Assembly: GCF_006345805.1 (NCBI RefSeq) | Contig: NW_021834926.1 | Location: forward strand, 1 to 50,331 | Reading direction: 5' to 3' | DNA from: Octopus sinensis | Taxonomy: Eukaryota | DNA length: 50,331 bases | Shown: piece after piece, positions 12,091-25,191 of the stretch | Numbering within the stretch: the first letter of the stretch is position 1 | Layout: each line of letters begins with the position of its first letter | Notes under the pieces: generated by a model | What the model saw: only the letters and a program-made list of their open reading frames with translations | What the model was told of the DNA's origin: nothing | Databases searched by the model: none | Position numbers and translations under genes: made by a program

Positions 12091-12589
12091 TTTAAGTGCC
12101 CATCAATATGCCCATCATACCTAGCGAGTTTTCAAATTAAATCTTCTGCTTTGACTCTTTTGAGACTTTTGTTCTTGCTTCTCCGGATCCAACTTACTAT
12201 TATAGTATCTTTGTTGAAGTGTCCTCTAACAACGTGTACTTATCTGCTTTCTGCACTCTAACTCACGTTGTCGTTGTGTATCCCTTGAAGATTCTCTGGG
12301 CTTGCTTGAATTTTCTACTTTCTTTAGATTATTCAGCGATGTGGTCCTTTGCTATCAGTGTTCTTGAAAAACTGGTCTTCGCTGCACGATTCAGCTTTTC
12401 ATTTCTTGAACACCTTTTTCATGCTTTAAGCAATCTTTCCACCACAAATCTACGCGAAATTTTATTTTCCGCTTCGGCGTATCTTTATAGATGGGTTTCC
12501 TTTGTTTTGAGCTTGCGCAACCGTCTAGAGTCGAGGATTATAATTACACTATTCACTCGACGACAAGGCAGATACCTTTCTTTCTGTTT

Positions 12590-12967
12590 ATGGGAATCAA
12601 GAATTGCAATTCAGTTAGTGAAACACATCGAAAAGAGCTTATGGGACATAACAGTGATGATACAGAAAAAGAGGATTTGGAAAATGACAGTGATAACGAA
12701 CTTGAGAAAAAGAGAAAGGAAGCTTTCAAAAACATTGTCTCTTGCGGTATAAAAATGAATAAAAAAAGAAAATGGAAAAACGATGAGGATAGGCCATCAG
12801 AAGGCGATCTTGTACTTCTACGTACAGATAATGACACCAATCGGCCAAGATATCCGTTATATGACGGAATTGATTCCAGCAAACACAAGATCATCAGTGT
12901 GAAAAACGATCAGTATTTTTTAGAAGGAGAAAATGGTGAGAATGTACCAAAAAAGTTTATTTTTTAA
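12590..12967 (+). pseudogene. Ginger integrase C-terminal fragment (partial copy at 59-168)
   Basis: KMNKKRKWK..GDLVLLRTDND..RYPLYD is homologous to the C-termini at 11201-11530 and 41912-42412. Confidence 0.75.
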
Positions 12968-15208
12968 CTTTTAGAAACGAAAAGATTTTTATAATAATTA
13001 ATGAAACAGATATCCGAAGGAAAAGTTTTGTAGTGATTCTAATTGGAAGCATTCGCTTTCCAACAAAATCCTATTTGGTTGAATGCAAACCACTGGAAAA
13101 TAATGCCAATGCTGGTATCATCTGCCAAATAATAGACGACGTCATTAGAGAAATGAAGATTATTCGTGACAATTTTTATCTGTTAATCTTAGATGCCGCT
13201 CCTTATATGATTTCTGGTGATATAAAAGTATCTAAATAAATAGACGGTAAAACTTTAATGGTCATGTATAAAGTAGCGGAAATTATTAAAAAAGTACATT
13301 TTAGTCGACTAAAGAAATTGAAAAAATAATTTTTAATATTTTAAAATTGTTTCTAAATAAAAAATTCAAGTTAAACGATAAAACGTAAGTCAGGTGAAAA
13401 ATGCGTTATGTTTGTTTTTTGTGGATAAAAAAATGAATTTTCACCGAAAAAAAAGACATTTAGTTATTTAATTATTGTTGTAAATTTTTTAAAAGCGGCT
13501 CATGTCTGGACGGTGACATCAATTTTGAAACAAATGTCAAATTTTCCAAACATCAAAAAGATAGTTCTCGATGCCAGAAAAAATGCATTAACTTGTAAAA
13601 ATCCACCTTTTTGTGATGTTGGTGCAATGCGATATAGCAAGAGAGTAGACACGCAGCAAAACAGAGAGTATCAAAGACTTCATTTTACTAGATGTCTCCT
13701 ACTGATAAATTTTGGTTTTATTTGGTCCTTTTTTAATTCTTCGTGATTTTTAATAGATTTCTTTTTGATAGATAAATCAAAATAAAGATTGAGTAAACAA
13801 ATTCAAAAAGGTATACAAAAAACAATATAAAAATGTCAAATTAATAAGAGATTGAATTTGAAAGAATAAAATCAAAATAAATGATAAAATTTCAAATTCT
13901 GAAATCAGGAAGTGAAAGTTCAAAATGATTTATTCCTTACAAATCAAATTAAATAAAATGTAGCAACAACACATAAACTACTAACCAACTAAGTCAACCA
14001 CGTGTATCAGCGTGTTATAATTTATTAGGCTTACCTAAAAAATAGGTTAACCATAGGTAATAATTTTAATAAATATAAATTTTATTTATATTTTCAAGTA
14101 GATTCGCCTACCAATGTCATTATCTTACGCAGATGACATTATTATTGCTTCTAAACATGCAGCTTACATATCAGCCTCAACGATGGACTAATTAATATTT
14201 ATTTTTTATATAATTTTTTTTATCGCAACAGAATGGAGGAGAGTTCAAAACAGCCATTCGAAATGTTTGCCTCGACACACAACCCGACCTCCCATTTAAT
14301 AATCAGGTAATCCCTGTTCTCACTTTAGTAATCTCCGAATCTTCCGTAAAAAGTTACTCAGTCTCCTTTTCGACACGAAAAATGACCCCGAGGACATTTG
14401 AGGACGTTTAAAGAATACCTTGGATTCCTCTACAGATTCATATTCGACCCCGACCGCTCATCGTCAGTCTCCAACAGCAAACTGATCAGTTTTATTCCCT
14501 TCAAGTGGAGTCAGTCATTGGTCGGCGAGTCTTCCATGTTAGCACGTGCACTTATAAGCAGAGAAATGACTGACAGTGCATTGTCCAAATGAGTATCAAC
14601 GTCCGTTTGTGGTCCATCAACTCAGCCTGTCTGCTTCTCTGTCATCTCAAATCCTATGAGTAGACCTGTCCTCTCACTCCCAGTCCACCAGTCGAGCATA
14701 TTTTTAAGTCCGCCTTCAACCTTCTCAGAAAGTCTTCGGGAATATTCGTATTCTCGAAAGTATTATGTTGTGAAATATTGGAGAGCCTCAATACATCCGT
14801 CCCCTCTTCCACGTGCGATTCCAGTCACGTGGTCATCGATATGTATCGCTTGGGACAGTGCCATTGGAATCGAAGAATTAAATCTTTTTCTAACTTAATA
14901 AATGTTGCAAAAAGTTGTTAATATCTTCATCATTAAATGTTTGACCAATTGAGAGGAATTCGGAATGTTGTAATAATTTCTTTAATGAAAAAAATTAAAA
15001 TTATTAAATTTTTTTCGACCCTCTCACGATCAATCTGTCTTGATTTTCGACCCCAGGTTCAGAACCGCTGGTTTAGACAGATATATGGTCTTAACGTCAA
15101 AATCGATATAAAAATTGTCAAAATTGAACTGAAAATGGTGAGCCTAACTCAACGTTAATTAATGAATTTTTTTATTATAAAAGAAAAGCCAAAAAAAGAG
15201 AGAGAAAG

Positions 15209-15880
15209 TTAATGAGACAACGTATACCGCTTTTTTTTAATTCGAGAGGAAAAGGCTCTCTCAAGAACACTTCCAACCGTTTCCGTCGCGTCTTTCATCT
15301 CTTGACGGTCCAGCTGGAGTACATTTGCCAATTTGATAGCATATCGTCTCGTCTTTTCGATCTTAGCGATAATGCCATCCCTCTCAGCAGTAGGGTACCA
15401 TCCCTCGAATCCGTAGGTAAGCAATGGTTCGACGCGCGTTTTATAAACATATAAAAACGTTTCCGGACAAAGGTGAAAATGAATTATGCTCCTGAGAATT
15501 TGAGCGCATTTCCTTCTCCTCGAGTCGATGTATCGGAAGTAAGATCCCTTGGATCCAACTTCAACCCCAAGGTATTTCAGATTCTCCGTTACTGTAAATC
15601 CATAGAGGTTTCTCGGCTGTTTTCGTTTAGCTCCCTGTTTTCCAATCCAAGTGGCGGTGCACTTTTCTTTTGCGAGCGTCAGTCCTTTTGATATGTACCA
15701 CTCTTTCACTCTTGTCACGTATCCTTTTAATTTTCTCCACGAGATGTCTTTTCTCCACGAAGCATCCATAATAGTATGTCGTCCGCGTAGATCATGAGAC
15801 GACTGGTAGGATCTTTCGGTTTTGGAATATCAGCAACGTAAATATTAAAAAGCAGAGGGCTCAAGACCGAGCCTTGAGGT
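15209..15880 (-). mobile_element. Non-LTR retrotransposon RT fragment
   Basis: QGSVLSPLLFNIYVAD and IYADD motifs, then KYLGV and YKTRVEPLLTYG. Frameshifted. Confidence 0.85.
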
Positions 15881-15889
15881 TATATAAAA

Positions 15890-16059
15890 AATAGTTTAAC
15901 CAAAAAAAATATTTTTAAAAATTAATGGCGAGATTTAGAAAATGGCGAGCAATAGAATATTTATCAAAATTTACTAGAAATTTTTAATTTTTTGAAAAAT
16001 ATGTGGCGAGCAATAGAGGTGGCGAGTAACAGAGGTGGCGAGCACCAGAGGTTTTACTG
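15890..16059. mobile_element. pogo/Tigger element right end
   Basis: Ends GAGGTTTTACTG followed by TA (rc CAGTAAAACCTC), with repeated TGGCGAG subterminal motifs shared with 29558-30408. Confidence 0.75.
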
Positions 16060-16745
16060 TATTTTGATTGCTTTTTTAAAAATTGAAGGATAAGAATCTT
16101 TTATTAAAATCCAGAACTTATCTGTCTTCATTTCAGTAAATTTAATTTTTAATGTGCGGTCATATCGAAGTTGACAAAGCTCCTCCTCTTCTGTTAGAGT
16201 AAGTTGATAGTCACATGATTCGGAGAATGGATTTCTAATCCAATCATATATTTCAATATTAAGAGACGGAATAATAGAGAATAATAGAGTCTGTGTGGAA
16301 TAATAGAGTGGTATGTTCTTTATCAAAATCTTGGCACAAATTTGTAAATGATCGATAAAGAAGAGGCCTCTTTTTAATAAAATTGATCATTTTGATAACT
16401 TCAGTAAGAACATTTCTTAGTTCTTTTCCAAGAGTTTTAAAAACCAGCACTTCTCTGTAAGTGTTGTGATAAGCAATGTGTTGTGATAATTTCATCATTT
16501 TCCTGTTTTGCAAAAGCGACAAATCCTTTGCTAGATCCATCCATTGAGGGAGCACCATCTGTGCAAATCCCAACACAATTTTTCCATGATATATTATTCT
16601 GCTCGAAATATGTAGATACAAGATTGAATATATCTTCTCCTTTGGTCGTACAGTTTATTTGTTTGCAGCATAAGAAGTGTTCCTCGATCGTATTATCATT
16701 TACAAATCGAACAAATACAATAACATGAGATTCTGAACAAGACTC
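16054..16745 (-). pseudogene. Buster/ZBED5-type hAT transposase, internally deleted
   Basis: VFVRFV..EEHFLCCK..TKGEDIF, CVGICTDGAPSM, THC, VIKMINFIKKRPL and WIRNPF motifs. Confidence 0.88.
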
Positions 16746-17200
16746 TAGACGCTACTGACCAAGAAATAAAAAAGGCTTATCGCAAATTGGCCATCAAATT
16801 CCATCCCGATCATAATAAGGCGGCCAATGCTACCGAAAAAACTAAAGAAATCAACAAAGCCTATGAAACCATAAAAGACCAGGAATCGAGGAATAAATAC
16901 AGATTAGAAAAGGGCACCACAAAGTCGTACAAAGACGCCAATTACTACGATCAAGAAGAGTTCGAATTTTCCAATTTCTTCCTTCTCAGTCGCAAGGATC
17001 GCAGAAATTTGAAAAATGCAAAGAATCGGATGAACGAATTCAGTCGGAACATCCACAAATTAAATTTGTCTCGATTTATGATGTTTGAGGACGACAATCT
17101 CCCGCAATGCACGTCGTTTTACAGCAGAGATGCTTCCAACTCTGTCGACAGAGTTTTCGACCATTTCTTTAACCCCCAAACTAAACCGATCCGATCTTAA
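16745..17200 (+). pseudogene. DnaJ/Hsp40 J-domain protein, 5'-truncated copy 2
   Basis: LDATDQEIKKAYRKLAIKFHPDHNK. Its start is replaced by the Buster fragment. Confidence 0.82.
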
Positions 17201-17929
17201 CTTACTTTCGATATAAACACTAATTTTCAATTATTTCCGTGTATTCAGATTTTTCTCTCATTGGGCCACTCAGCTGATTCTATTACTAACACTGAACTGA
17301 CTCACGATCTGACACTCAACTATTGCTAGATCACTCAACGGACTAAAATGGCAAAATTATAAACCAATTGTCTTTTAATGTAAATTTATCTGAAACATTT
17401 GCTGTTGTCTTCCAAGAATTGTAACATTGCACTTTGATTATTGACTTTTTAATTTTTGCGTGTAAATGCGTAGGCTATTTACCGAAAATTATAGTTTCTG
17501 TGTCTATCTAATTCGGTTGTTTATTGATAATTATTTAATTGAATGTTTAACTAATCGAGTAATAGTTTTCAGGTTTCTTTCTAAAATTTTTTTTAATCAG
17601 TAATGTTTTATCAGCAAAATCAAGTTAACTTCCGGCCAGGCAGATAGCTTGCGCGTTGCCGGGCACGATCCAAACGAGATCCTCTGTTTCAGCCAAGAGG
17701 ATTCGTGTGAATTCATCTTCTTCCTAGCGATAAGGAAGCTGACGTCTTTTAGTAATTTAGATGTTTGTAAATAATATTTCTGAAAATCTTCTTGCTCATA
17801 ACACTCGAACGTATAAAGATACTTTCAATGACTATTTGTTTGCTAGTCTAAATGGATTCAAAGATCAAATGCTTATATAATATCTGAGAAAACTAGTAAA
17901 GACTGAGTCAATAACTGAAGTATGCCGAC

Positions 17930-18888
17930 TGTCTCATAATATGTCGCGTCCCACACGAGCTACCCATCCCATGGTGGTTACATGTCACCTGTCAATAAAT
18001 AATAATGCCTGTCATGGTTTGGTGACTGTCAAATTTAATAATTAATTTAATTGCATTGATTTCTAATCAATAATCGTTTCAACAATAAAAATTTATTAAA
18101 ATAAAGCGTCTACGTTTTTTTAACTTGATTCATATTAACTATTTTAGACTTCCCTGAACTTGTTTTAATCTGTTAAATAAAATAATAATAAAATAGACCT
18201 CTAGTCGATTGTTTGACAAAATTTGAACAACTTCAGCAGGTTCGCCATATGGGGATTCAAATCGGTTTAGCCTTAGGGAAGGATTTGTCCCAAAATCCTT
18301 TAGAACTCTAACCTAACAATTATTCACTAAAAATACTCCGCTCCCAATTGAAAAATCGTATTTCGATTGATGAACATTCATTCTTTTATTCATGCGTTTA
18401 AAATATGGTGAATTTAAATTAGGTGGAGAAAAATTCAATATAAAATCACTAGCATCCAAGTTGTCTAGCATATGTTATTCAAAATTTACCTGAAACATCT
18501 AAAATATTTTCTACATCCATATCCTCTGATGATACATGATAAAAATCATCCGAACACTCACTTTCTTTGAAATTAAAAAAATTAAAAAAACTTTATCATC
18601 ATGAATGACGGTGTTTATACCAGAAACTCCTCTTAGTTTTTTAAATGGTGTTTCATTTATAGAAGAATGAATGGAGTGCTTTATTGTAAAATAGGAGTGT
18701 AAACATTCCTGTTGCAGTTTACGAATTCCAGTTTTATTGTTGAAACGATTATTGATTAGAAATCAATGCAATTAAATTAATTATTAAATTTGACAGTCAC
18801 CATGACAGGCATTATTATTTATTGACAGGTGACATGTAACCACCATGGGATGGGTAGCTCGTGTGGGACGCGACATAATATGTCGACA
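17930..18888 (-). mobile_element. Non-autonomous Ginger derivative with long (~165 bp) inverted repeats
   Basis: 17930-18092 is the reverse complement of ~18730-18888 with TGT-like termini. The interior resembles the 3' coding region of the 6211 element (KDFGTNPSLRL.RFESPY). No TSD found. Confidence 0.72.
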
Positions 18889-19029
18889 CAATGCAGTGCT
18901 ACATAGGGAGTGTAAAAATAGGTCTCTATAGTACAAATAATAATAATAATGTACAGTTAATGCATTAAAAATATATAGCAATATAATTGATATTATTTGT
19001 CTAATTTATTAATAATAAATAAAATAGTG

Positions 19030-19840
19030 ACATTGTTGTGGGCATGTTTACGTCGCATAACAACTAGAAATGGCTCCCAGCGAGGAAATATGTGAGAAAA
19101 TATCAAACCTGAACAGCCTGTCGTACACTTAACTGGACAGAAGACCAGGCAGTCTTGTCAAAAATGAAAAAGAACAACGCCAAGACAATTTCCGAACTGG
19201 AAAACGAACTCAAATTCGCCAAGTGGAAATCAAAAAAGTAAAATACAAAAAAGCGAAATACCAAGCCTCAATCGGAGACAGAGTAATTCCTCTCCTCATG
19301 CTTAGGACAGTGCCCTGGAAGTGCTCGAGTTGTTGTTGGAGGGGACCAACACGGTGGGACAGAACTTGCAGTACCACTTCCTGATGAATATACTTCTACC
19401 TGGAGAGTGAGAACATGCGGGCAACCATCGAACGGGCACAAAAGTGAGTTGAATTCCTCATTTCTGGAGGACGCCGGGGACTGGGAACAGAGAAACCGTC
19501 TCAAGATTTACCGTGGACTTTATTTATTCACAATCCGCGACTTCCGTGGAGCTGCTGACTCATTCCGTGACGGAGTGTCGACATACACGAGCACGGAGTT
19601 GATGGACTACGGGGAGTTTGCGACATACACGATATTCTCGTACGTGTTTGCCTACGACCGTCGGGAAATGAAGAAGGACGTGATCAGGATATCCAGGAAG
19701 CCCTGTTCGACCTGCCACGGGAGTTGTTCAATTCCTTCTACCAGTGCCACTACAAACAGTGTTGTTGGGGGAGACGGAGGAGTTTATGAAGAAGGACAGA
19801 TATTTGTGGCCTCACTACTCGCACTATGTGAGTCACTCCC
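19030..19840 (+). pseudogene. PSMD6: 26S proteasome lid subunit Rpn7, truncated at both ends and frameshifted
   Basis: WTEDQAVLSKMKKNN, GDWEQRNRLKIYRGLY, VSTYTSTELMDY and MKKDRYLWPHYSHYV. The PCI C-terminus is absent. Confidence 0.88.
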
Positions 19841-19857
19841 AACAAAAGGAGTGTTTA

Positions 19858-20400
19858 TTAATCACATGGAATAGACAGACAGGTCTCGTCAAAGCTCACT
19901 CTCGGAGGAGGACGACGGAATCTTTCCAGTTTGAACTCGGAACATAAAATAATCCGCTTTTCTCCACCAACACACTTAATTAGTTTCATTTCCTGCAACG
20001 TCGAGATCAAATCCTTGGGACTGATCCCAGTCTTGTGAGCCATATTCAAATATCACTCCACAATACCATTTATACACAACCGACGAGACTCCCCTCGACC
20101 ATCCAACCACCTTCCACCAACAATATGCCCTGTAGGCGTACAGTCCGTGGTCGGAAATGGGCTTCTCAGGTGTGCCCGTAGTCCCCTCCAGGCGGGTGAG
20201 AGCATAGTCTGAATGAGGAAAGACAATACTCAGTTCAATGAGGAGTCTGCCCAAACCAGTCCTCTGTTGGTGGGGCATCACCAGAATGCAGGACAGGTTG
20301 TACTCAGAACACTTCTCCTTTGAGAAATACCCTAGGAAGTGACACCCCTTTGCTATGAGGAATTTAAAGGAAAGGACAATTAAAAAGTAAATTTTAACTA
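19858..20400 (-). pseudogene. MYST-family histone acetyltransferase, 3' fragment
   Basis: [44 protein letters not shown] and [14 protein letters not shown]. The upstream part is replaced by an RTE fragment. Confidence 0.88.
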
Positions 20401-20464
20401 AGCACACTCGACGGCCTCCTTAGGCTGAGAAACTGTGGAACCTAGGGACTCACATAACTGGAAA

Positions 20465-20879
20465 ATCAGAAACTAGACAGTTTCCATAGATCTCAATTAC
20501 GTGCAGCACTCAACATCCGCTACCCGCAGAAGATCACAACCTATACAAATTATGCAACTCAGAAATTCTTTCGATCGAAATCCTGCAATCACGATGGAAA
20601 CTATTTGGCCACATTCTGCGGATGGACGTCGCCACTCCTGCTAACATTGCTATGGAAACATATTTCATGCAATGCGGAGACGCATTCCGAGCAAGACCAA
20701 GGACAACACTTCCATCGGTGCTAAATCGGGATCTCAAAATTATTGGGAGGAAACTCGAAACTGCTGATGATCTCGACAACCTGAGAGAATTGGCAAAGAG
20801 GAGAGGCACCTGGAGAAGTTTGTGGGACAGTATTGTTGTTCACGCGGCACCAGTTTTCGAATTTCGAATTATAATGTGA
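20465..20879 (+). mobile_element. RTE-type retrotransposon 3' fragment
   Basis: KLDSFHRSQLR..RWKLFGHILRM..RARPRTTLPSVL; same family as 2903-3353. Confidence 0.85.
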
Positions 20880-20949
20880 CCAGTTTTAATGAAAGTAGAT
20901 ACCATTAATTAAAAAATTATTTCATTACATATGCATTTTTAGTGCCCAG

Positions 20950-22130
20950 AGGAGTTGTATAGCACGAACATATTGTATAATTAGATTTTAATGAGCCTGA
21001 AATTTGCTTATTTCGTAACCATACATTGTTTGTCTTTTAAGAGCGAAACTTGCTAGTGATTTTCTTTCTAGTATGTTCTTTGTATCTCCTACGAGACTGG
21101 AGGTTCCTTTTTATGACTTCAATTTTTCTTGTGTTGTTGTTCGCATTCACAAACTATTGTATATTTTGTTTGCTTAACGTTAATTTTTAGGAATGATTTT
21201 TTAAATGTATTGACCAGTTTATCGACAATACCTTCTAATTGGTGGTCTGTTGTCCTGAAATCTATATCATCTGCCTAGATGACTTTTGTTGTATGCCTGA
21301 GAATATTATTTCTGGTCTCTCGTAGGGTTTTCTCCAGATATGCTACGATAAAAACCGAAGATAAGGCATTTTCTTGGGGGTGCCTTTGTTTGTTCCAAAT
21401 ACTCTGGATTTCTGTTTTTCCAACTGAATAAATAATTGAGTGGATAGTAAATAACAAATTATTCGATGCAATTGGCCTCAAGTAGTGATGCTAATATTTT
21501 TAATACCGTGACTCTGATGATTAAATCAAATGCTTTAGATAGGTTGATTCCTATTATGTGATACTCCTCTTTATATTTTTAACATACTGCACACATTCAT
21601 TTGTGGCTCCAAACGGGATTAGAATTTGATCTTCCAAAGAGAAATCCACTTTGAATAGCTCCAATATATTCATATAGTAGTGCTTTTATTTTTTCCAGGA
21701 CGATTAGCTATAAGATTTTGCCCAGTGATTTGTGCAGTACGATTGATACGTCGATCCTTCTGTAAATGAGAAAGGTGACCTATTTGAGGGTAGTGAATTT
21801 CTTTAAAGGTTTTTGGATTTGTCCCAATCATGTGATTAGCCGCTGCTTTTATTTGTTTACGGGTTTATTCCATAAAGTTCAAAACTGTAAGTTGATATTA
21901 ATTGGTTCTAACTTGTGTTATTTTAGCAAAATAGTTAGTTCTGTAGATAGGATCGTTTCTTGAGAGTTCGACTGTGTACCTAATTTCTTTGTGTCTGTTT
22001 TTGAGTCGGTTGATACAAAATCTCCTCTTTAGGAGAAGAATATCAGTAGTTTATGATCACTCGATATGAGCCTTCCTTCATATTTTTGTACATCTGAGTA
22101 TAAAGCTTTTTATGATTGTCGACACAAAAA
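20950..22130 (-). mobile_element. Old, degenerate non-LTR RT remnant
   Basis: Decayed QSGF, LSKAFD, GTPQ and stop-ADD motifs in the correct order. Confidence 0.7.
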
Positions 22131-22378
22131 GTAGTCAATTAAATCAAAACCTAACCTTGATTGAAAAAAGTCTGACATTGGCAAACAAATTTATGCAGAT
22201 AAGGGAACTATATAGGAACAAAGAGAACTAAAAGCGATTAACAAAACGCATCCAGGAGGATGGCACAAGCGAGATAACTTCGCAAAATCTGGTTGCATGT
22301 ACTTATTAATGATAATTACAAATATCAACAAACAATCAGAATAGTTGCTGTTTTAAAGTAATTATTAATCAATAAAGA

Positions 22379-23502
22379 TTATTGAAGTGGTTCGATTTTC
22401 AATTTATATGTAGGATTTATAATTTTATCAACATATTTTTCTAAGCGAATAAATTGGCGTCCGACTGGAGAAGTTGTTTCTAAAAAATAATTAAAAACAC
22501 GACCCGTCATAGATTTAGTAGTATCAGTAATAATATCCTGGACAATAGATACTGCTAAAGCTACTGCATCCTATTAAAAAACAAATAAAATAAAAAACCT
22601 CCAAAGTTGAATTATTTTTAATAAATAAAGCAGCAATTAAAGCAGAAAACAAATCTCCGGTTCCTGAAAAGTCGAATTTTGACGGTCTGTATGTCATTTT
22701 GAACGCTTTGAAGGTGCCATCTGCAGTGAAATTTGTTATTTACCTTTTTGGCGTTCAGATGCGACAGTCATTAAAGAAGATTTGTATGGAATACTGCTTA
22801 TAATAACTATATAAGGTCCAATTTGGTGCAAATTAAACAAAACTTGTTTAATTGTGTCAATTTCTTCAGTTATTTGAATTCTTGACAATTTTCTATAATT
22901 TTTTAAATCAATTTTGTTACTCGGCCTCAAAATGATTAGGCGTTATTACATCAGCAAGAGGCAATATATGTTTTATATATGTTTCTAGCAATTCTTCGGG
23001 GACATACTAAATGTATTAATAAACATATCAAACAAATTGCCCATTGTCGCCCAAGACAGGATCACAATCTTAAAATATAAAATACAAATACAAAATTTTT
23101 GAAAAAATGATTCCTTTTTTAAATCTGTCACAATTTCTTTAACTTGCATCAAGACATCATCACTGTAAATAAACCCTGAGTGTTCTGTTAAGTATATAAC
23201 CTGTCAGAAGGTGTGAATAGTCATTTAATTTGTTAACTGTAAGTGCTTCATAGATATCTTTGAGTTCATGGCCTGAAAGTGTGGTCCCAGATACTTTACC
23301 ACTGACTATAAATGTAAAAATATAGAAAATATACAGAAAGTGTTACTAAATTGAACTGTATGTATTTCATCAACCGTGATTCCCATCATCTGCTCGTTTT
23401 AAAAATAACAATTTGAATCACTTTGATCGGAAATGTTGCAGCTTTATTTCCAACGACACCAGAGACCACATGGCTTTGAATTGACAATAACTTGGCAGAC
23501 AT
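22379..23502 (-). CDS. PDXK: Pyridoxal kinase, intact, 9 introns of 23-32 nt
   Basis: Manual splicing gives an uninterrupted frame: LLSIQSHVVSGVVGNKAATFP, TVQFSN, CDPVLGD, ADVITPNHFEAE and FSGTGDLFSAL. Confidence 0.95.
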
Positions 23503-23599
23503 CAATTTTTAGCGAAGTCTAGACATTTTTAAATAATAAAATGACGATAAATTGACCTATTTATACTCCATTCCATATTAATGCGCCTTTTGTGGTCGT

Positions 23600-24850
23600 G
23601 CAAAAATCCAGTTATTGGATTAATGAAAAAAGAATCATTCGCTCATCCTCCCGTGACTATCGTCAGTCCGGGGCGCCCTTCTCTGTCGACCTCATTTTCC
23701 CGTTTTGCTCTTTTCGCTATCTCTGGGGATGTGGAGCCTAATCCCGGTCCAAAGGGACACATATCAATTCTTCAGCCAAATATCAACGGAGTTACTGGAA
23801 AATCAACAGAATTAAACTCTTTTTTGATTAAGCATGATATTGACGTATGTGTACTCTAGGAAACAAACTTAATCCATCTTCGAGGTCACCACGTTTCCCC
23901 TCGGGCCTTGGAGGGGTCTCATGACACTTATTAAGAAGAGAATTACTTACCAGGAGGGCTCCCCTTCCCTCAGCTCTAAAGGAAACAAAAATACGAGTTT
24001 GGAGTCTTCTGCAATTACTATCCACATTTCAGTAAGAAACATAATGATTTGCAATATGTACATTTCACCAACAGGATCGTGCCCGAAACATTTTGTCACA
24101 GATATACGCCCGTTTGATAAACTTGATAACCTAATCATTTGTGGGGATTTGAATGCAAAACACCCGCATTGGTTAAAGTCACAAACCGCTGACTCCCGAG
24201 GAAAGTCTATTCTCGAGCAATTGGACAACCTAGTAATCCTGAACAATCACTCACTGCACACAAGGACTCCATACAACACCAAAGACAAGCCTACTTTTCC
24301 TTTTTTCTTCCATCCTCGCTTTCGATAAATCGACTATCAACGAGTCCTGAAAAATCAGTCACTACGCTTCTGACTTCAGCAAGGAAGCTTGGGAAAATGG
24401 TGGTGAACTTATATCTAAACAACATGGAAATCCTTTGTAAAAAATCCCAGAAAATACTCGGCGTGACTTACGATAGTCATATGTGTTTCTCCCAACAAGT
24501 TGAAAATGTTACAACTAGCTGCATGAGAAAACTAAACATCTTAAAAGTGTTCCTCCGAAAATACAAACAATGGATCAGCTTCCCCACACGCCAATCAATC
24601 TACCGACAATGCATCGAACCCTCCATTAGTTATGATTGTGGGGCTTGAGGAGGGTTTTTCAATGAAACGAACCGTAAAAAAATCGAAAAAACTCAAGCAC
24701 TACACGGACCGAATGAACATCTATCTATCCATCGCCTCGTTTATAGAAATCTTAAAAGGAACCATGGGTCTACAGGCCCTAAAACTCCACCACCGCACCC
24801 TCATAGAAATTATGTCGAAACTAGGGAGCAGCACCGGGCAAAGATGAGGA
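23600..24850 (+). mobile_element. APE-type non-LTR retrotransposon with a 2A-like peptide, internally deleted
   Basis: GDVEPNPGP at 23725-23751, followed by APE motifs (Q.NING, ICGDLNAKHPHW, LVILN..HT) and an RT C-terminal piece (ILGVTYD, IYRQCIEP). Confidence 0.85.
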
Positions 24851-25191
24851 CCCTTCTCAGAGAAGCCAGGGTCACCTGATTAATTAGTTCTATGTTTTGG
24901 ACGGTGATCTTGGTTTTAATAATAATAATTCCAAAAATAATTTCAATATTCAGTCTAATTCAGTCTAATACGAAACTGTTAGAATCAGGTGTCCCTGTCC
25001 TAGTATGTTGAGTAAAGTTTCCCTGTAGTACTTTCACGGTCGATATATATACTGATTATGTTACGCTTTTGAAATGTAATTTAAAAAACCTGCGTCCTTT
25101 CATATAGACTTGAAAATCTATTATCCTAGGGATTTAGAAATTATCAGAACAAATCTCAATTAAATAAAAAAGTCAAAAATGTATATAAAAA

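Larger units (their letters stand above)
12855..17772 (+). repeat. Segmental duplication copy B
   Basis: See copy A. Lacks the hAT and RTE insertions and carries different material at 15200-16745. Confidence 0.95.

Noticed and set aside
12219-12752. 177-aa hydrophobic ORF as a membrane protein
   Set aside because: Looks like the antisense shadow of a decayed K/R-rich frame, joined to a Ginger fragment.
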